Both the position numbers and the translations under genes were made by a program. Of a stretch of DNA of 64,000 nucleotides, positions 29,639 through 43,000 are shown piece by piece (the first letter of the stretch is position 1; each line of letters starts with the position of its first letter). The stretch covers positions 11,602 through 75,601 of the forward strand of contig JBAYIR010000002.1 in the NCBI GenBank assembly GCA_041665505.1, read 5' to 3'. The DNA is from Patescibacteria group bacterium (GTDB lineage Bacteria; Patescibacteriota; Patescibacteriia; UBA1558; GWA2-36-10). The notes under the pieces were generated by a model. It did not search any database, was not told the DNA's origin, and saw only the letters and a list, made by a program, of their open reading frames with translations.

Positions 29639-30085
29639 TCAAGATAATATTAAAAAATTAAAATAATAATGAATAGCTATCGCTATTAAAAAAGCAGGCC
29701 ACAATAAATAACGTTTCCAAGAGGCTAAAGTGACCATAAAAAACATGGTAAAAATATGCAAAGCGGTCGGACCGACAAATCTTTGAAAATAAGCTACTAA
29801 GTTATTCTCCGCAATAAAATCCGGTAAGTAAAAAATATTTTCTGAAAAGGCCAAAATAATACCCACAAATAAAGTAACCGAAAAACGACAGCGAAGACAA
29901 CGAATAGGCAAAATCAGAAAAAATATTAAAAGGACTTTAGCTGATTCCTCAACTATAGCTGGTGCTAATAATAATTTCCTTTCCGAAAATAACAAAAAAA
30001 ATGGTAATACCAAAGAAGATATCATTGCTAAATGGGCATACAAAAAATCTCTAGGAGAAAAAGAGGCATTTATTTTTTTAATCAT
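29639..30085 (-). CDS. Small polytopic membrane protein, possibly a PrsW/CPBP-like intramembrane protease (weak)
   Basis: 148 aa; EESAK motif in TM1 and His residues (HIFTMFF, HYYFN) resemble the EExxK/H motifs of PrsW/CAAX proteases. Confidence 0.3.
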   Translation of the reverse strand: MIKKINASFSPRDFLYAHLAMISSLVLPFFLLFSERKLLLAPAIVEESAKVLLIFFLILPIRCLRCRFSVTLFVGIILAFSENIFYLPDFIAENNLVAYFQRFVGPTALHIFTMFFMVTLASWKRYLLWPAFLIAIAIHYYFNFLILS

Positions 30086-30089
30086 TTAT

Positions 30090-31064
30090 TTATTCCCCAG
30101 CATTAAAATAATTATAAACTTCCAAAGAAATATCATTAATTAAAGATTTACTTTTCTCTATCTCAATACCAGAGGTCATCACACAAATAAAGTAAGGATT
30201 TTGCTTATTATAAACAATACCACAATCATGCAAAGCATCATTTCGCTCACCATATTTATGGGACACTTGTATTTCCCAAGGTAATTTGGCAGATAGTAAG
30301 CCCTCTACTCTAGTGTCTGTCAGTAAAGTCAAAAGAGCTTGGGAGTTGGCTGGCTTAAGATAAGTACTAAAAAATAAAGCTTTAAACATTCGCTCATACT
30401 GACGCGGACTGATATTCTGGTTATCATAATCAGCTGTATAAGGATTTTCAATAGCGACATGCGTAAATACTGAATTGAGTTCCTCTGGGTCTAAACTACC
30501 TTTAAGAATATTTTTGGCAGTGTTGTCAGAAATTTTTAACATCCATTCCAATAATTGTTTAACCTTATAACTATGTCCAACTGTATAGCGATCTGGCACA
30601 CCAGCTTCTGTATCTATATCTTCTGCTCTAGCTATTAATTCATCATCTAAATTAATATCCCCTCCCTCATATTTTTTATATATGGCCATAGCAATTGGCA
30701 CTTTGAGTAAACTAGCTGGCACAAAACGTTCTGACTCATTGATGCCTAACCAGGCCCCAGTGTTGGCATCTTGAATATAAAAAGCTACTTTCTTGTCACT
30801 AGGTAGAGTGTCTAGCTGTTTTAATATTTTTTCTTTTAAGGGCACAAAATGTAGCAAGACGCGATCTGGGTCTTGATTGCTATCTAATGGTAAGGTTTTT
30901 ATATTATTACTCAACATGGTATAGCTATTATACCAATTTTGATATTCTAAACTTTGTTTATCATACAAAGCTTTTTGTTTTTTGAAAGCCCAATAAAACC
31001 AAACATTACTGGCTAACAACAAAATAATTAAAAATACCAAAATATATAAATGTTTTTTACCCAT
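30090..31064 (-). CDS. Serine hydrolase, class-A beta-lactamase / penicillin-binding-like, N-terminally anchored
   Basis: SxxK (ASLLKVP), SDN (KISDNTAKN) and a KxG-like region; a single N-terminal TM segment. Confidence 0.5.
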   Translation of the reverse strand: MGKKHLYILVFLIILLLASNVWFYWAFKKQKALYDKQSLEYQNWYNSYTMLSNNIKTLPLDSNQDPDRVLLHFVPLKEKILKQLDTLPSDKKVAFYIQDANTGAWLGINESERFVPASLLKVPIAMAIYKKYEGGDINLDDELIARAEDIDTEAGVPDRYTVGHSYKVKQLLEWMLKISDNTAKNILKGSLDPEELNSVFTHVAIENPYTADYDNQNISPRQYERMFKALFFSTYLKPANSQALLTLLTDTRVEGLLSAKLPWEIQVSHKYGERNDALHDCGIVYNKQNPYFICVMTSGIEIEKSKSLINDISLEVYNYFNAGE

Positions 31065-31074
31065 AATAATTTAA

Positions 31075-34000
31075 TTAACCTTCTATTTCTGTTATGTATT
31101 GCCCATAAATCCAGCCACTGATTTTATCATCGACTATAACCTTATACCAATTATAGCTATCATCAGCCACACTCTGTTTTTCTACAGCCTCAAATTTATC
31201 ACCACTATTCACTTGCGTCAAGATTTTAGCACTCTTACTGGGATTTTCTCGTAGATTCAACCAACCAGTTGGCGTATCTTTAACGATCAAATAAATAACT
31301 ACTACCTCCTCCACTCCTGTACTAGTGGCAGTACTAGAACTATTTCCTCCATCAGAAAATGATAAATCAATTAACTCATTATCTATATTCCCCGAAATAA
31401 CAAAATCATCAACTGCTTCATTAGTGACTAAATCGTTGACATTAGTAACTATAGCTTTATTATCGCTAGTAGCTATTATTTTATTTTTCAAAATCATTAT
31501 TTGTGACCTTAACAGATAAGCACTAAAGACTGCCAATATAATAATTAAGACTAACCAAACTATCTTACGATTTATTTTCTGCCAAATAAATTTGGTAAAA
31601 TTAACGTTTATTTTTTCTTCTATAGCTTCTATAGCTAATTTACTCACTTTCTTTTTAGCTCTAGTAGATTTTTTTGCTTTTGCCCCACTAGAAGCTACCA
31701 GTGGTTTTGGTTCGCCGGCAATAACTGCCATATTGCTCTGCAAAGCTAACTGACCATTGGCAATATTTATCTGATGTCGCCACATGGAGAAAAGTATAGT
31801 GACTAGTAGTGCGAAGCCAGTGACAAAAGCAATGATTATACCCCAAACTGAAACTGCTTGCATACCACCAAAGGCACCCAAAAATCCTTGAGAAGCATCA
31901 GCTTGTGTAACCAAAGCTTTTAATTCTTCTAAATCTTTGTTGACGGCACTTAAACTTTCTTTGTTCTCCCGATAAGTCATTATTTTATCTTGAGGCGAGG
32001 CAGTATTTTCTTTTTGGGTACGCAAAATCTTTTCTACTCTTTCATCAACGTCATTTTTTAGTAAAAGAGCTTGGGAAGAATATTGATTTTTTTGTAATTT
32101 TTTATAAAAATCACCAGCTTGAGCTTGAGCTAAACTCAAATCATTTTCCGCTATGAGCCAAATGTCACGCATCTTGATAAATTTTTTGACTGACTCACCT
32201 GGTTTAAGTTCAATTTCACCACTAGCAAATAATGTGTCCAATTGAATATCATACTGTATATTGAAACCGCCATCATCTATAATATGCTCAGTCTTGGCCT
32301 CTTTTGGTAAATAAATCTTAAACGGCACTTTTTGGGTAATTAAAGCTGGATTGGATATCATGATATTTAAATCGACTGATCCTGATGTATACCAAGTACT
32401 GACTATTGGTGAAGCAGTCTCTTGCACTACTTGTCTTTGGACATTAGCGACAGTTTTAAAATCAGCTATCTTATTACGGACATATTTGACATCATCCATA
32501 TTTTCTCTAGATACTGATAAAATGGTGTCTAAGGTATCATTATCTAGCCGTCCCAATTTTGTATTAATACTACTTATGGAACTAGAAATAGTACCCATAG
32601 CACTAAACATTTCTTCTGGCTTAAGATTATAAACATTAGTATGATTAGTAGTGCTACTGCCTGAGCCGACTTCAATATCATTAATACTTGTTTCTAAACT
32701 AGCAATACTAGCTTCAATATTATCTAATTGCGTTTTAATCAAAGCAATATCTTCCTTAATTAAAGTTACATCATCTTTTATACCAGCTACGTCTGATTGA
32801 ATGGTGTTTATTTTAGTGACTGGTACAGCTAGCTGTTTTAATATTGTAAAAGCATCACCGTTATTTGGCGCAAAAGGCAAATCTGGTTCTAGAATAATAG
32901 CTTTGGTCGTACCATTATAATCATCTATCCGCCTAGCCACTCCGCTATTTTGACCAGAAGTAAATGTCAATAAGGCATGAGTATACAAATCATCAACTGT
33001 ACTGGCTAAGTTACTTCCTAATAATGAAAGCGTGGAGGCAATCTCAGCTGTACTGACAGTAGATCGTATAGCAATCAAATCATCCGATAATAAATCAATT
33101 GTATTTTGTAAGGTGCTAATACCACTACTCAATGTCGTCTCAGTAGATTGTAAATTTGAAAGAGTGGCTAATGATCCACTATCCAAATTGGCACCTGATA
33201 AATAGCGTCCACTATAAGCCCAAACTGAGGCAGCATCTAAAGTAGCCGCATTTGAAGTTTGTGCTAAAATTGTAAAAGTATCAGCATCAGTCGGAGCTAA
33301 AGATAAAGCTGGATCAACTGTAATAGCCTTGGTCGTACCATTGTAAGCAGTGATACGTCTGACTTGGCCAACATTCATACCCGAGGTAAATAATAAAATA
33401 TTATTTTTATAAAAATCATTAGTAGCATTGGTCAGAGCAGTAGCAAAAACTGTAGTAGAAGGAGATAAATCAGCCACTGCCGTCTCCGCTACAATCAAAG
33501 CACTAATAATTTTGTCTAATTTAGCACTATTAGCACTAATAGCATTAGATAAAACTGTTTCCGTGGCTTGAATGTCTGATAAAGTAGCTAGTGACCCAGT
33601 GTCCAAAGTAGCTCCTGATAAATAACGGCTACCATAAGACCAAATAGCCGCTGCATCCACTGCTGAATTAGCTGTTTGGGCTAAAATAGTAAAGGTATCG
33701 GCATTGCTTGGAGCACTAGCTAAGGCTGGCGAAACAGTGATTTGTTTATTGGATCCAACATAGTCTGTAATACGACGAGCCTGGCCTGCATTAACGCCAG
33801 AAGTAAAGACTAAAACTCCATTGTTATAAAAATCATTAGAAGTACTAGTTAGAGTAGTAATAAATTGTGTATCACTTGCACCAGCATCATTAACAGCTTT
33901 TTGAGCAACAATTAAATTATTTATCAAAGTATCCAGCTGAGCACTCAAAGTAGTTTCAGTGCTTTCGATGTCTGATAAAGTAGCTAGTGACCCAGTGTCC

Positions 34001-37000
34001 AAAGTAGCTCCCGATAAATAACGACTACCATAAGACCAAATAGCTGCTGGATCTAAAGAAGCATTAGCCGTAGCTGCTAAAATTGTAAAAGTATCACCAT
34101 TAGCTGGCGCGGAATTTAAAGCTGGGTTGAGTGTTAGTTGTTTGGTAGCCCCAACATAATCAGTAATACGTCTGACTTGACCCGCATTAGCACCAGAGGT
34201 AAAGACTAAAACTCCATCATTATAAAAATCATCACTAGCACTAGCTAAAGTACTAATAAATTGAGTATTAGAAGCTCCAACATCATTGACCGCTTTTTCA
34301 GCAATAATTAAAGTAGCTATAAATTGATCTAAAGTGGCTTGTAAAGCCGCTAGATCACTAGCTGAGGCGCGAGAAGAAATAGTAACGTCAATATTAGTTT
34401 TTAATAAGGTGCCAATACTATCAACAGCTGTTATAGAAGTAAGTAGTGTATCCCATACCCTCTGAGCTGTCACATCACCGGCTGTCAACTCACGACTAGA
34501 ATAAGCCCAAACCGAAGCCGCTAAAGATGCTAGACCGTCATTTTCAATATCAGTAATTGTCCTAGTGGCTGCTGACCAGACATCAGTGGCTGTCAAATTA
34601 CTAATACCACGTGAAGATATAGTAGCATCTAAATTATCAGCTATTAATTTACCGATTGACCCATTTTGTGACAAGAGAGCTGAAGCTACATCCCATACTT
34701 GTGTCGGATCATCTAAGCTTACTCCTCCGGTCAAAGTGCGGACACCATATTCCCAAACTTGTTGGGCTGACAGGTTATTTAAAGCGGCAATAGCTTCATA
34801 ATTTTGTTGAATGCGTCCAAATAAAGTATCAGCACTGGATAAATCAGAAGGTGAACCCACTAAGGTTTCTAGGGTATCAACGTAACCCTCCATCTGATCA
34901 ACATAAGCTAATACTGACTGTAAATCTTGATAAGCTGAAGTCGATTGTCCATTGTAGCCTAATTCTGTTTGGACAGAATTTATCTTATTATAGGCGTCAT
35001 CAGCTTTGTTGAAAATAGCATCAGCTGTTTGAGTACCCCATTTTTCTTGTAAAAATTTACTGCGGCCAAACAAAGTATTGGCACTGGATAAATCTGTATG
35101 TTCACCAATTCTAGTCTGGACAGTAGTCAAAGACGAAATAATATCAGCCGCACTATAGGCTCCCCAATTAGCCACAATATCATCTACTTGAGTTCTAATA
35201 TATTGAGTATCTGTATAAATATCATCCACCTTAGCCTTTATATAAGTCACATCAGCTTGCAAGGTGGCAATCTCCGCACTAGTGGCCAGTGCTCCACCGC
35301 CTGACAAAGTAGCACTAGTCAGTTTTCTATCTACATATTCCCAGACTGCTTGAGCAATTTCTGCAGCTGAAGCTCCACCACCACTAGAGCTGACGTTGGA
35401 ATATTGGCTTAATACCACGAACTCATCATTAAAAGCTGGGGCAAATGGTAAAGCTGCATCTACTGTAATGGCTTTAGTAGTACCATTATAACTAGAAATA
35501 CGACGAGAAATACCAGCATTTTGACCAGACATCATAACCACAGTTTGATTCTGATAAAAGTTTGATGTCGCTTCAGTCAAATCAGTCACAAAAGTAGTAG
35601 CTGTAGCTGCCACATCGCTGACTAAACCTCTTTTGACAGCCAAACGATCATTGAGCAACTGACCAAAAGATCCATCAATATCAGCAAATGAACCAACTTG
35701 AGCTCCCCAAATACTAGAAGCTGTGAGTCCTGTAGACAACCAAGGTGAGACTGGCTGACCAGAAGAGAAAAAGTCTAGAGTACCAGTATCTACTGTGCCT
35801 GACAAAACAGAAACGTCATCTAAATAAACAAAAGGTCGTCTGAAAAGCTGATAGTCACCAGCAGTAGCATTGACCATGGTCGTGCTCTTTAAATGTGGTG
35901 CTACTATACCTTTTAAAAATAATATAGTTGGCGTATTTTTTACTACCTCAAAAATACGACCGTAAGTATCTTTAAATAAATAGCCAACCCATTGATTGGG
36001 TGTCCAAGATTTATCTACATCTTCCACCCATGGTGGTAAATAATTACCTAATGGATTAAATATCACTTCACTACTACCCTCATCTTCCACTACAAAAGAT
36101 GACTGCGCGGATATAGTCAAATCTGCCAAAGCAGATTCTGTTGGTGTACCAGAAACTACAAACTGTTGCCATTCATTAGCTGTGTCGGCAGCAGTCCAAG
36201 TCAAATTAGCACCAGTCATACCAAGACCTGACAAAGTAACTGTTGGTAAATTACTGGATCCATAATAACTATTAACTCGAATATAGCCCGTGACCGCTAG
36301 TGGCTCATTGGCCACACCAATAACTTTGGCTGAATATTCCAAAGGCACATCTGCACTTTGCGACTCCATACGCCAAGCATAACCACCAGGTGTATGCACG
36401 GTAGTGTCAATTAGACCAGCACCAGTAGTACGCATATTACCAAAAGTACTTTGATTGACTATATCTCTGGTACTACTAGAATAATTCATACGAATATCAG
36501 TACCTGGTATAGTACTAGCCATATAAGTATCCCCCAAACGAGACATATTATTATAATCTTGGGTGCCAAAAAATACTGGGCTCAAAATCTGCGTATCCAC
36601 ACCAGTAAACTGTAATAATGATTCTGCTTCAAAAGTTACAGTATTTGGTGGCATACTAATATCTGCTTCATTCCACATACCACGTCCAAAAATACTACCA
36701 TTATCAGTCACTGATACAGAAGAATAAGAAGGATGCGAACGGATACCTGAACCATATTCAGCACCAACTGTCACTGAACCATCAGAAACATGCCCATCAA
36801 AGGTATTATCAGACATATTAACAAAAGCATTACCATGCAAACGAATACCATTGGTATTTAAAGAAAATTTATTATCATTAATAGTGACCTTGGCAACGCC
36901 GACACCAAAGTTTAGTGCTCCAGATGTTCCAGCACCAGTCACACCATTATTATAAAATTCAGAATTAGCTACAGTATATAAACGACCAGACACAAAGGTC

Positions 37001-40000
37001 GCCGCACCACCGGCTGCTGCTGGCGGGGCAGTTACATAGGCATTACGATGACCCATGAAAATACTACCGTCAATACCAACATTTTGACTAGTAAAAGCGT
37101 TATAACCAGCGCCAATATTGGCTGCTCCCACATGAGTAGTCACAAAGTAAGCACCAACCATATTTGAGCCCTGAGTTTTAGCTATGACAGTATAAGCTCT
37201 GTCAAAATAGTTATAAAAAACTGATTTAGAAATTGTCTGTGTTGGGTATGGTGTTACCGAGGTATAAGGATTAGTAGTCACAGCAAAATTATTATACTGA
37301 TTTTCCATTGACAGATGATTCAAATTCATACTGGCTAGCCCGGCTAGACCCACTGCTGATACACCAAAACCAATTCCTTGATTTACCATATTAGCTGCTG
37401 CCAAAGTTGCACCAGTGTAAGAAATATCTTCATCTGACCAAATATGCGTACTGCGCTTGAGATTCAAAACTGGTGAATAAGTCGGACTAGAGCTGGAATC
37501 CCTAGCTGCTTTATGATGATAAGTAAAATTGTGTGACCAACCAGCTAAAGTGGCCGCTGTTCCATTTTCCTCATGACCAGAACCATATTTGATACGAGCC
37601 GAAGGAGTATATTTTTCTCCAGTATTATCTACCCAAACACGAGTGCGCTCTGGATAAGTAATTACCCTAATTCTTTCATTACCAGTATCAGCACCATTGG
37701 TAAAAATCATATTAGGACTACCCCAGGCATAATCAGCCCAAACCCAACCCTCTTGGGGATTCATAGCGCTGTCAAAACTAGCTCGATAAATATTTGTGCC
37801 AATACTGGAGCCACAACCAGCTGTTGCTCCTCCAGTCCAAATAGTTGCCGGTACTGTAAAATTACCAAAATTACAAGCATCAGAAGTATCTACTTCATAA
37901 TCAAAAATATTAAACTCATCAATCGCTCCATCAAAAGCGCCATTGTACTGCCAATTATTACCAAGTCTAATTAAACCAGCATTAGCACCACGGGCCGCTA
38001 AAGTCGTACCTTGGTTAGTTTCAAAAGCTACACCATCAAGCCAAGCTCGTTTAAAAGCCGTGGCTGTTTCTCGCCAAGCTACCCGTAAATGATGCCACTC
38101 GCCAGCCGTAGCTGAGAAGGTCTGCTGTAAGACAGTGCCTTGTACTGCACCAGCATAAATAGCTACCTCTAATTTACCATTAGTATTATGTCTGACAAAC
38201 AAACGATCCGTATCACCTTGGTTAGCGTAGTCAAGTAAATATTGACCATAAGGACTAGTGGAAGTTGCCGGTGAACCAGTATAATTAGTTTTAAACCAAA
38301 GATCTATTGTGCCATGTTGCCTAGCTGTAGCTGTGCCACTCTGACCTTCTATATTATAACGAGTGGCAATCGGACTACCAGTTGTCGCCCAAGTAGGTGG
38401 CATTAAAACTGCACTACCCATACCATTGACGCCAGTCCAAGCGCCATTATTTCTCAAATAATTATTTTGTAAAAGCAACATCCGATCACCAAACTTGGTG
38501 GCTGTTGGGTTACCAGAGTTTATACGCAAAGAAATTTTACTATCTGGTGCAGTATAAGTTGTACCTGGTGTAGCTGTACCAGCTGCACCTGTGGTACTGC
38601 CTGTGACTGTATAATTACTATTAGTCGGGTTCCACTCAAAATCCCAAACTTCATATTTAGTATTAGCATCACTAGTTGTAATACCTATACTATTATCTAA
38701 ACCCTTATAGCTCTTAATAGCGGTAGAGCTAATATAAATTTTATCTCCCACTTCAGGTCTGACTGTGCCATTCCAACCACCTTTATGTTTAATAGTAAAA
38801 TTTAAATAAGAACTAGTGAAAGGCACACTGGGATAAGCATTACCTATTGGTCCAGCACTTGATCCAACTAAACGCCAATAATCAGCATCATCAAAATTAT
38901 CGGCCCAGCCATTACTAGCACTCATAGAATCAAAAATCGCTTTGGTGCCAGCACCACTGGTCGCTGATCCTACATAAACACCTGTTTTACCAGTGGTGTA
39001 AGTAGCATTAGTAGTTGTAAAATCCCAAGAGCCTGGTTCGCCAGAATTGCAATCAGTAGTAGCCCAAAATTTGACACTTAGTGCTGTGCCTGTTACATCA
39101 GCTTTTAGACAATACCAAGTACTATCACTAAAAGCTTTGGTGGTTGGTGTGCCAATTACCGTTGGTACACCAGCTAAAGTAGTATAAAGCCCTACCGTGT
39201 TGGCGGCATTGGTCTTAGTAATTAAAGCAGCATAGCCATTACCATCAATACTCTGTCTCATTAAAAATCCTAAGCGACGTGAAGTAGCATCAGCTGCCAT
39301 ATCCATATAAACTAAGCCCGAAACAGTATAGTCAGTCGTATCTACATTGGTATTTTGAATATTAAGATGAGTCAAGTTTGTCTCATTGATATTCATCTGA
39401 CCATCTTTGATATGCCAAACATAAGGAGCTGACGGCGGCACAATAGCAGCCGCAGAATATTTGTGAGTTTCTATCCAACCTGGTGAATTACCATATTCTA
39501 AAGTAAATGTTTCATTGGGATTATAGCTCAAGCCAGTGGTAATCTGTCCAAGCTTAGCTTCTTGACTACCTGAAGATACATTAAGTACCCCCGAATCAAT
39601 ACGCTCTAGACCACTCATACCAATGGGTGTATTTTGATTAACTGGCGAAGTGGTCCAAGAAGTAAAACCAGAAATTCGCACCCTCACCCAATAGGCATTA
39701 ACTCCATTGATAGTAGTTTTGGCTGGAGTGCCAGTCAAATCATAAGGCGTCCAACTTAAAATGCGACGTGGAGAATTACCATTTTCTGTGAAAAAATTAC
39801 TAGGATTAAATGATTTCCACTGTCCGCCATTGAGACGAGAAATCGTAGCTGACTGAGCTGTAGTATAGTCAGCCGTCACTGGCTCCGTAAAAGTAATAAC
39901 ACCCGCAGCGACCGCACTAATACGCCTATAGATTGGGCTAGAATCATTATCATCTATCATTACTACTTGATCAACGCCAAAGTTGGCTTGATTACCAGAT

Positions 40001-43000
40001 GTCACTGACACAGTATAAGAATTTCTAGTGGTGTTGGCAGATAATGGTACGCTATGTCCTGTACGTGTTTGATATTTATAAGCATCACGCGGTGTAAAAC
40101 TAGTCCAACCAGCCCCATTATAAAACTCCCAAGTGAATAGTGCTGAGGAGTTCATCAGCGTACCCAGATTTGCTTCCAAAGAATACATCATGTTGGTACC
40201 TTGATCACCAAAATATATAGCATCGTTTAACTCAGTATTAGCTCCATCACCAAATAAAGTCCAAGTAGTAGAACTAGCATAATTTGCCGAATACAATGGT
40301 GAACCACCATTGTAATCAGCATTATAAACATTAGTGACTGGTATAGTGCCAATTTCTGCTGTCTCAGTATTTGGTGTTGGCAAAGCATTACGACCCAAGC
40401 CGGCCAGGCCAGTCCAAACTGGGAATTGATTAATATCATCAGTGCCACCCATTCTGACAGAAGACAAATTATTATCTACTACTTGATTGGTAGCACCAGC
40501 TACTGTGATATTATCTAGTGGCTGCCAATTACCCACTACATTGTCTTTGACATCCACCCAAGTAGCTCCAGCATCAGTGGAATTATTACCCAAATAGCCA
40601 GTATCAATATTACCGTCAATATCAACAGCCAAGTCACTTTTCATAGTGCGAAAATCATCACTACCTTGACCATACAGATTGACCCTACCAGTTCTATTGT
40701 TATCTTGCGTGCCGGCATTAGTACCAGTTAGTCCTGTCATAGTATATACTCCTGCTCGCCTATCTGTACCAGTTGGTAATTCTGTCTGTGGACCCTTGGC
40801 AGCATAGGCACCTTGAGCCACTGTATAGCCAGTCACCAAAGCAGCTGTCAAAGTAATAACCGTAGAACTCTCCACTGCTGCTACAATCCTAGTAGTAGCC
40901 ACTGAGTCATTATCATCAATTATGATTGTGTCTCCTGGAGCAAAATTACTAGTGGAAGCTACAGTCAGAGTGACAGTAGCTGGCGAGTCAATAGTTAAAA
41001 GTGAAGAAGCAGCTGGTGAAACATTATCAAAATAAATATCCGCATGTGTAGAAGCTGGTAGTGGATCAGTACTATCACCAAAAGCCAAAGTAGCATCAGA
41101 ATCCAAAACAATTTTACCAGGAATAGTGATACGATAATGTTGATTAGCTGTGTCAGCAATAGTCAATTTTGAACCCGGTGTCACAAGAGCTGATACCCAA
41201 CCACCATTATAAGAATAAGCAGCAAAATTACCTCTAGTTCCAGCACCATCGCCAATAGCTGCACCATAATTACCAGTATAAGCTAGAGCCGCATCCCAAG
41301 AGCGATCAATACTGACTACATGTTGGGCTTTGTTGAGCCAGACATAATCATTGGTCAAATTTGTCGAATCAGCTGTATCAGAATTATTAGCCCCATTACC
41401 AACTATCACAATATCACCATCAGCTGGAGCATCAGTATTGGCATCACCATAAGCTACAAAGAAAATATGTCTATTAGATAAAAAAGGATAATTAGTTAGT
41501 GAGGTTGCTACAGCTTGACTCTTGGCATAAGCCAAAACCACTGAGGTAGTACGAGCTAATTGCGAATTTAAGCCAATTGGATTTTGGGTAAAATTATAAG
41601 AAGTAAAACGCAAAACATCACCATCGCTTGGTGTTCCAACATTAGATAGGTTAGCTGAAATCTCAGCTATTCTAGCCCCCTCAGCCACAGTAAAAGCAGT
41701 AGTTAAATTGGCTGCTAAAATAATAGATGGACCACTGGAAGGACAAGCTCCATCAGAAGCGTTGGTGCTGGCAATACGATGTGTCACAATTGGTGCTGTA
41801 TTATTGTCCCAAATCTGGACACTAGCTGCTGTACCAACTGCTGCTGAAAAACCGTCAATACTAGCTACACAAACACGAGTAGAGACAGCTGAATCAGCAG
41901 TCAAAGTAGTAATAGCACCTTGGACTATTCTATTTTTCCAGATAGCCTGAGCAACTGTGGCATTTTTGCTAGTAGTAAAACCAGTTGTAGTCGCGGCCGT
42001 TGTGACAATAGCTGGACCATTGCTGCAACTAGCATGAGAGTTGGTCACTGAAGCTACGGTCAAAGCCACTGTAGCTGTATCAGCATCCCATAAATTAATA
42101 GTTTGATTAATAGAAAAACCACTAGTTGAAGCTACACATAAAACAGTGCTAGCAGTAGAATCAAGAGTCAGAGTAGTCAAAGGTACACCATCATTAACCC
42201 AAGCAGCGCCCGTGCCACCAGTGGTGGGTGTAGTTAATTTATTTGTTTGCGTACCAGAGACAGTACCGGCTAAAGTCCAATTAGAATTACTAGAAGAATA
42301 AGTAGCTGTCCAATGCTCATTTTGTGTCCTTCTAACCGTTGGTAAACCCACACCAGCAGCTGAATTGGCAGCGACCATAGCAGCCGCTGTCAAGCCATTA
42401 TGTGCAGCTAAAACTTTTGGCATAGTAATAGTTGGTGCATTGACCAAGTCTATATCATTAGCACCAATAGTTCTTATTGTACCATTTACTGTCGGAAAAT
42501 CTCCATAAGGTGCATTAGCTGCCCAAGTACCAAATACTGGTGTACCAGCACCCATATTAATTATTCTAATACCATAATGGGCACCAGAGGTGACTGCTAA
42601 CTCTGGATCAAAACGAAAATCAAAAGTACCACGACCATATTGACCAGGCGCTAGATTTTCACCAGACAAACCCTTATTAAACTGTATAGCTGCTCTTCTC
42701 AAAACAACAGTATCACTCGGATAGGTATAAGCACCTTGGGTGCCAGAGACATAGTTAGAACAAGAAGTAGTACAAGTTGCTGTTGGAAAGCTCAAAAGCT
42801 CGGCTACAATATCCACATTGGATAAAGAAGTGATAGTTAAATTTTCTAAAATCAACTGTACACCACGTAAATTACCACTAGCGCTAGGCTTAAAACCAAT
42901 AAATTGAGCGGCCGCATAAGTAGCGGTTGCACCAACTGCCACATGACCCAAAGCCAAAGCTCCAGCCGCACCATCAGTCACCGATGGTCCGGGATGAATA

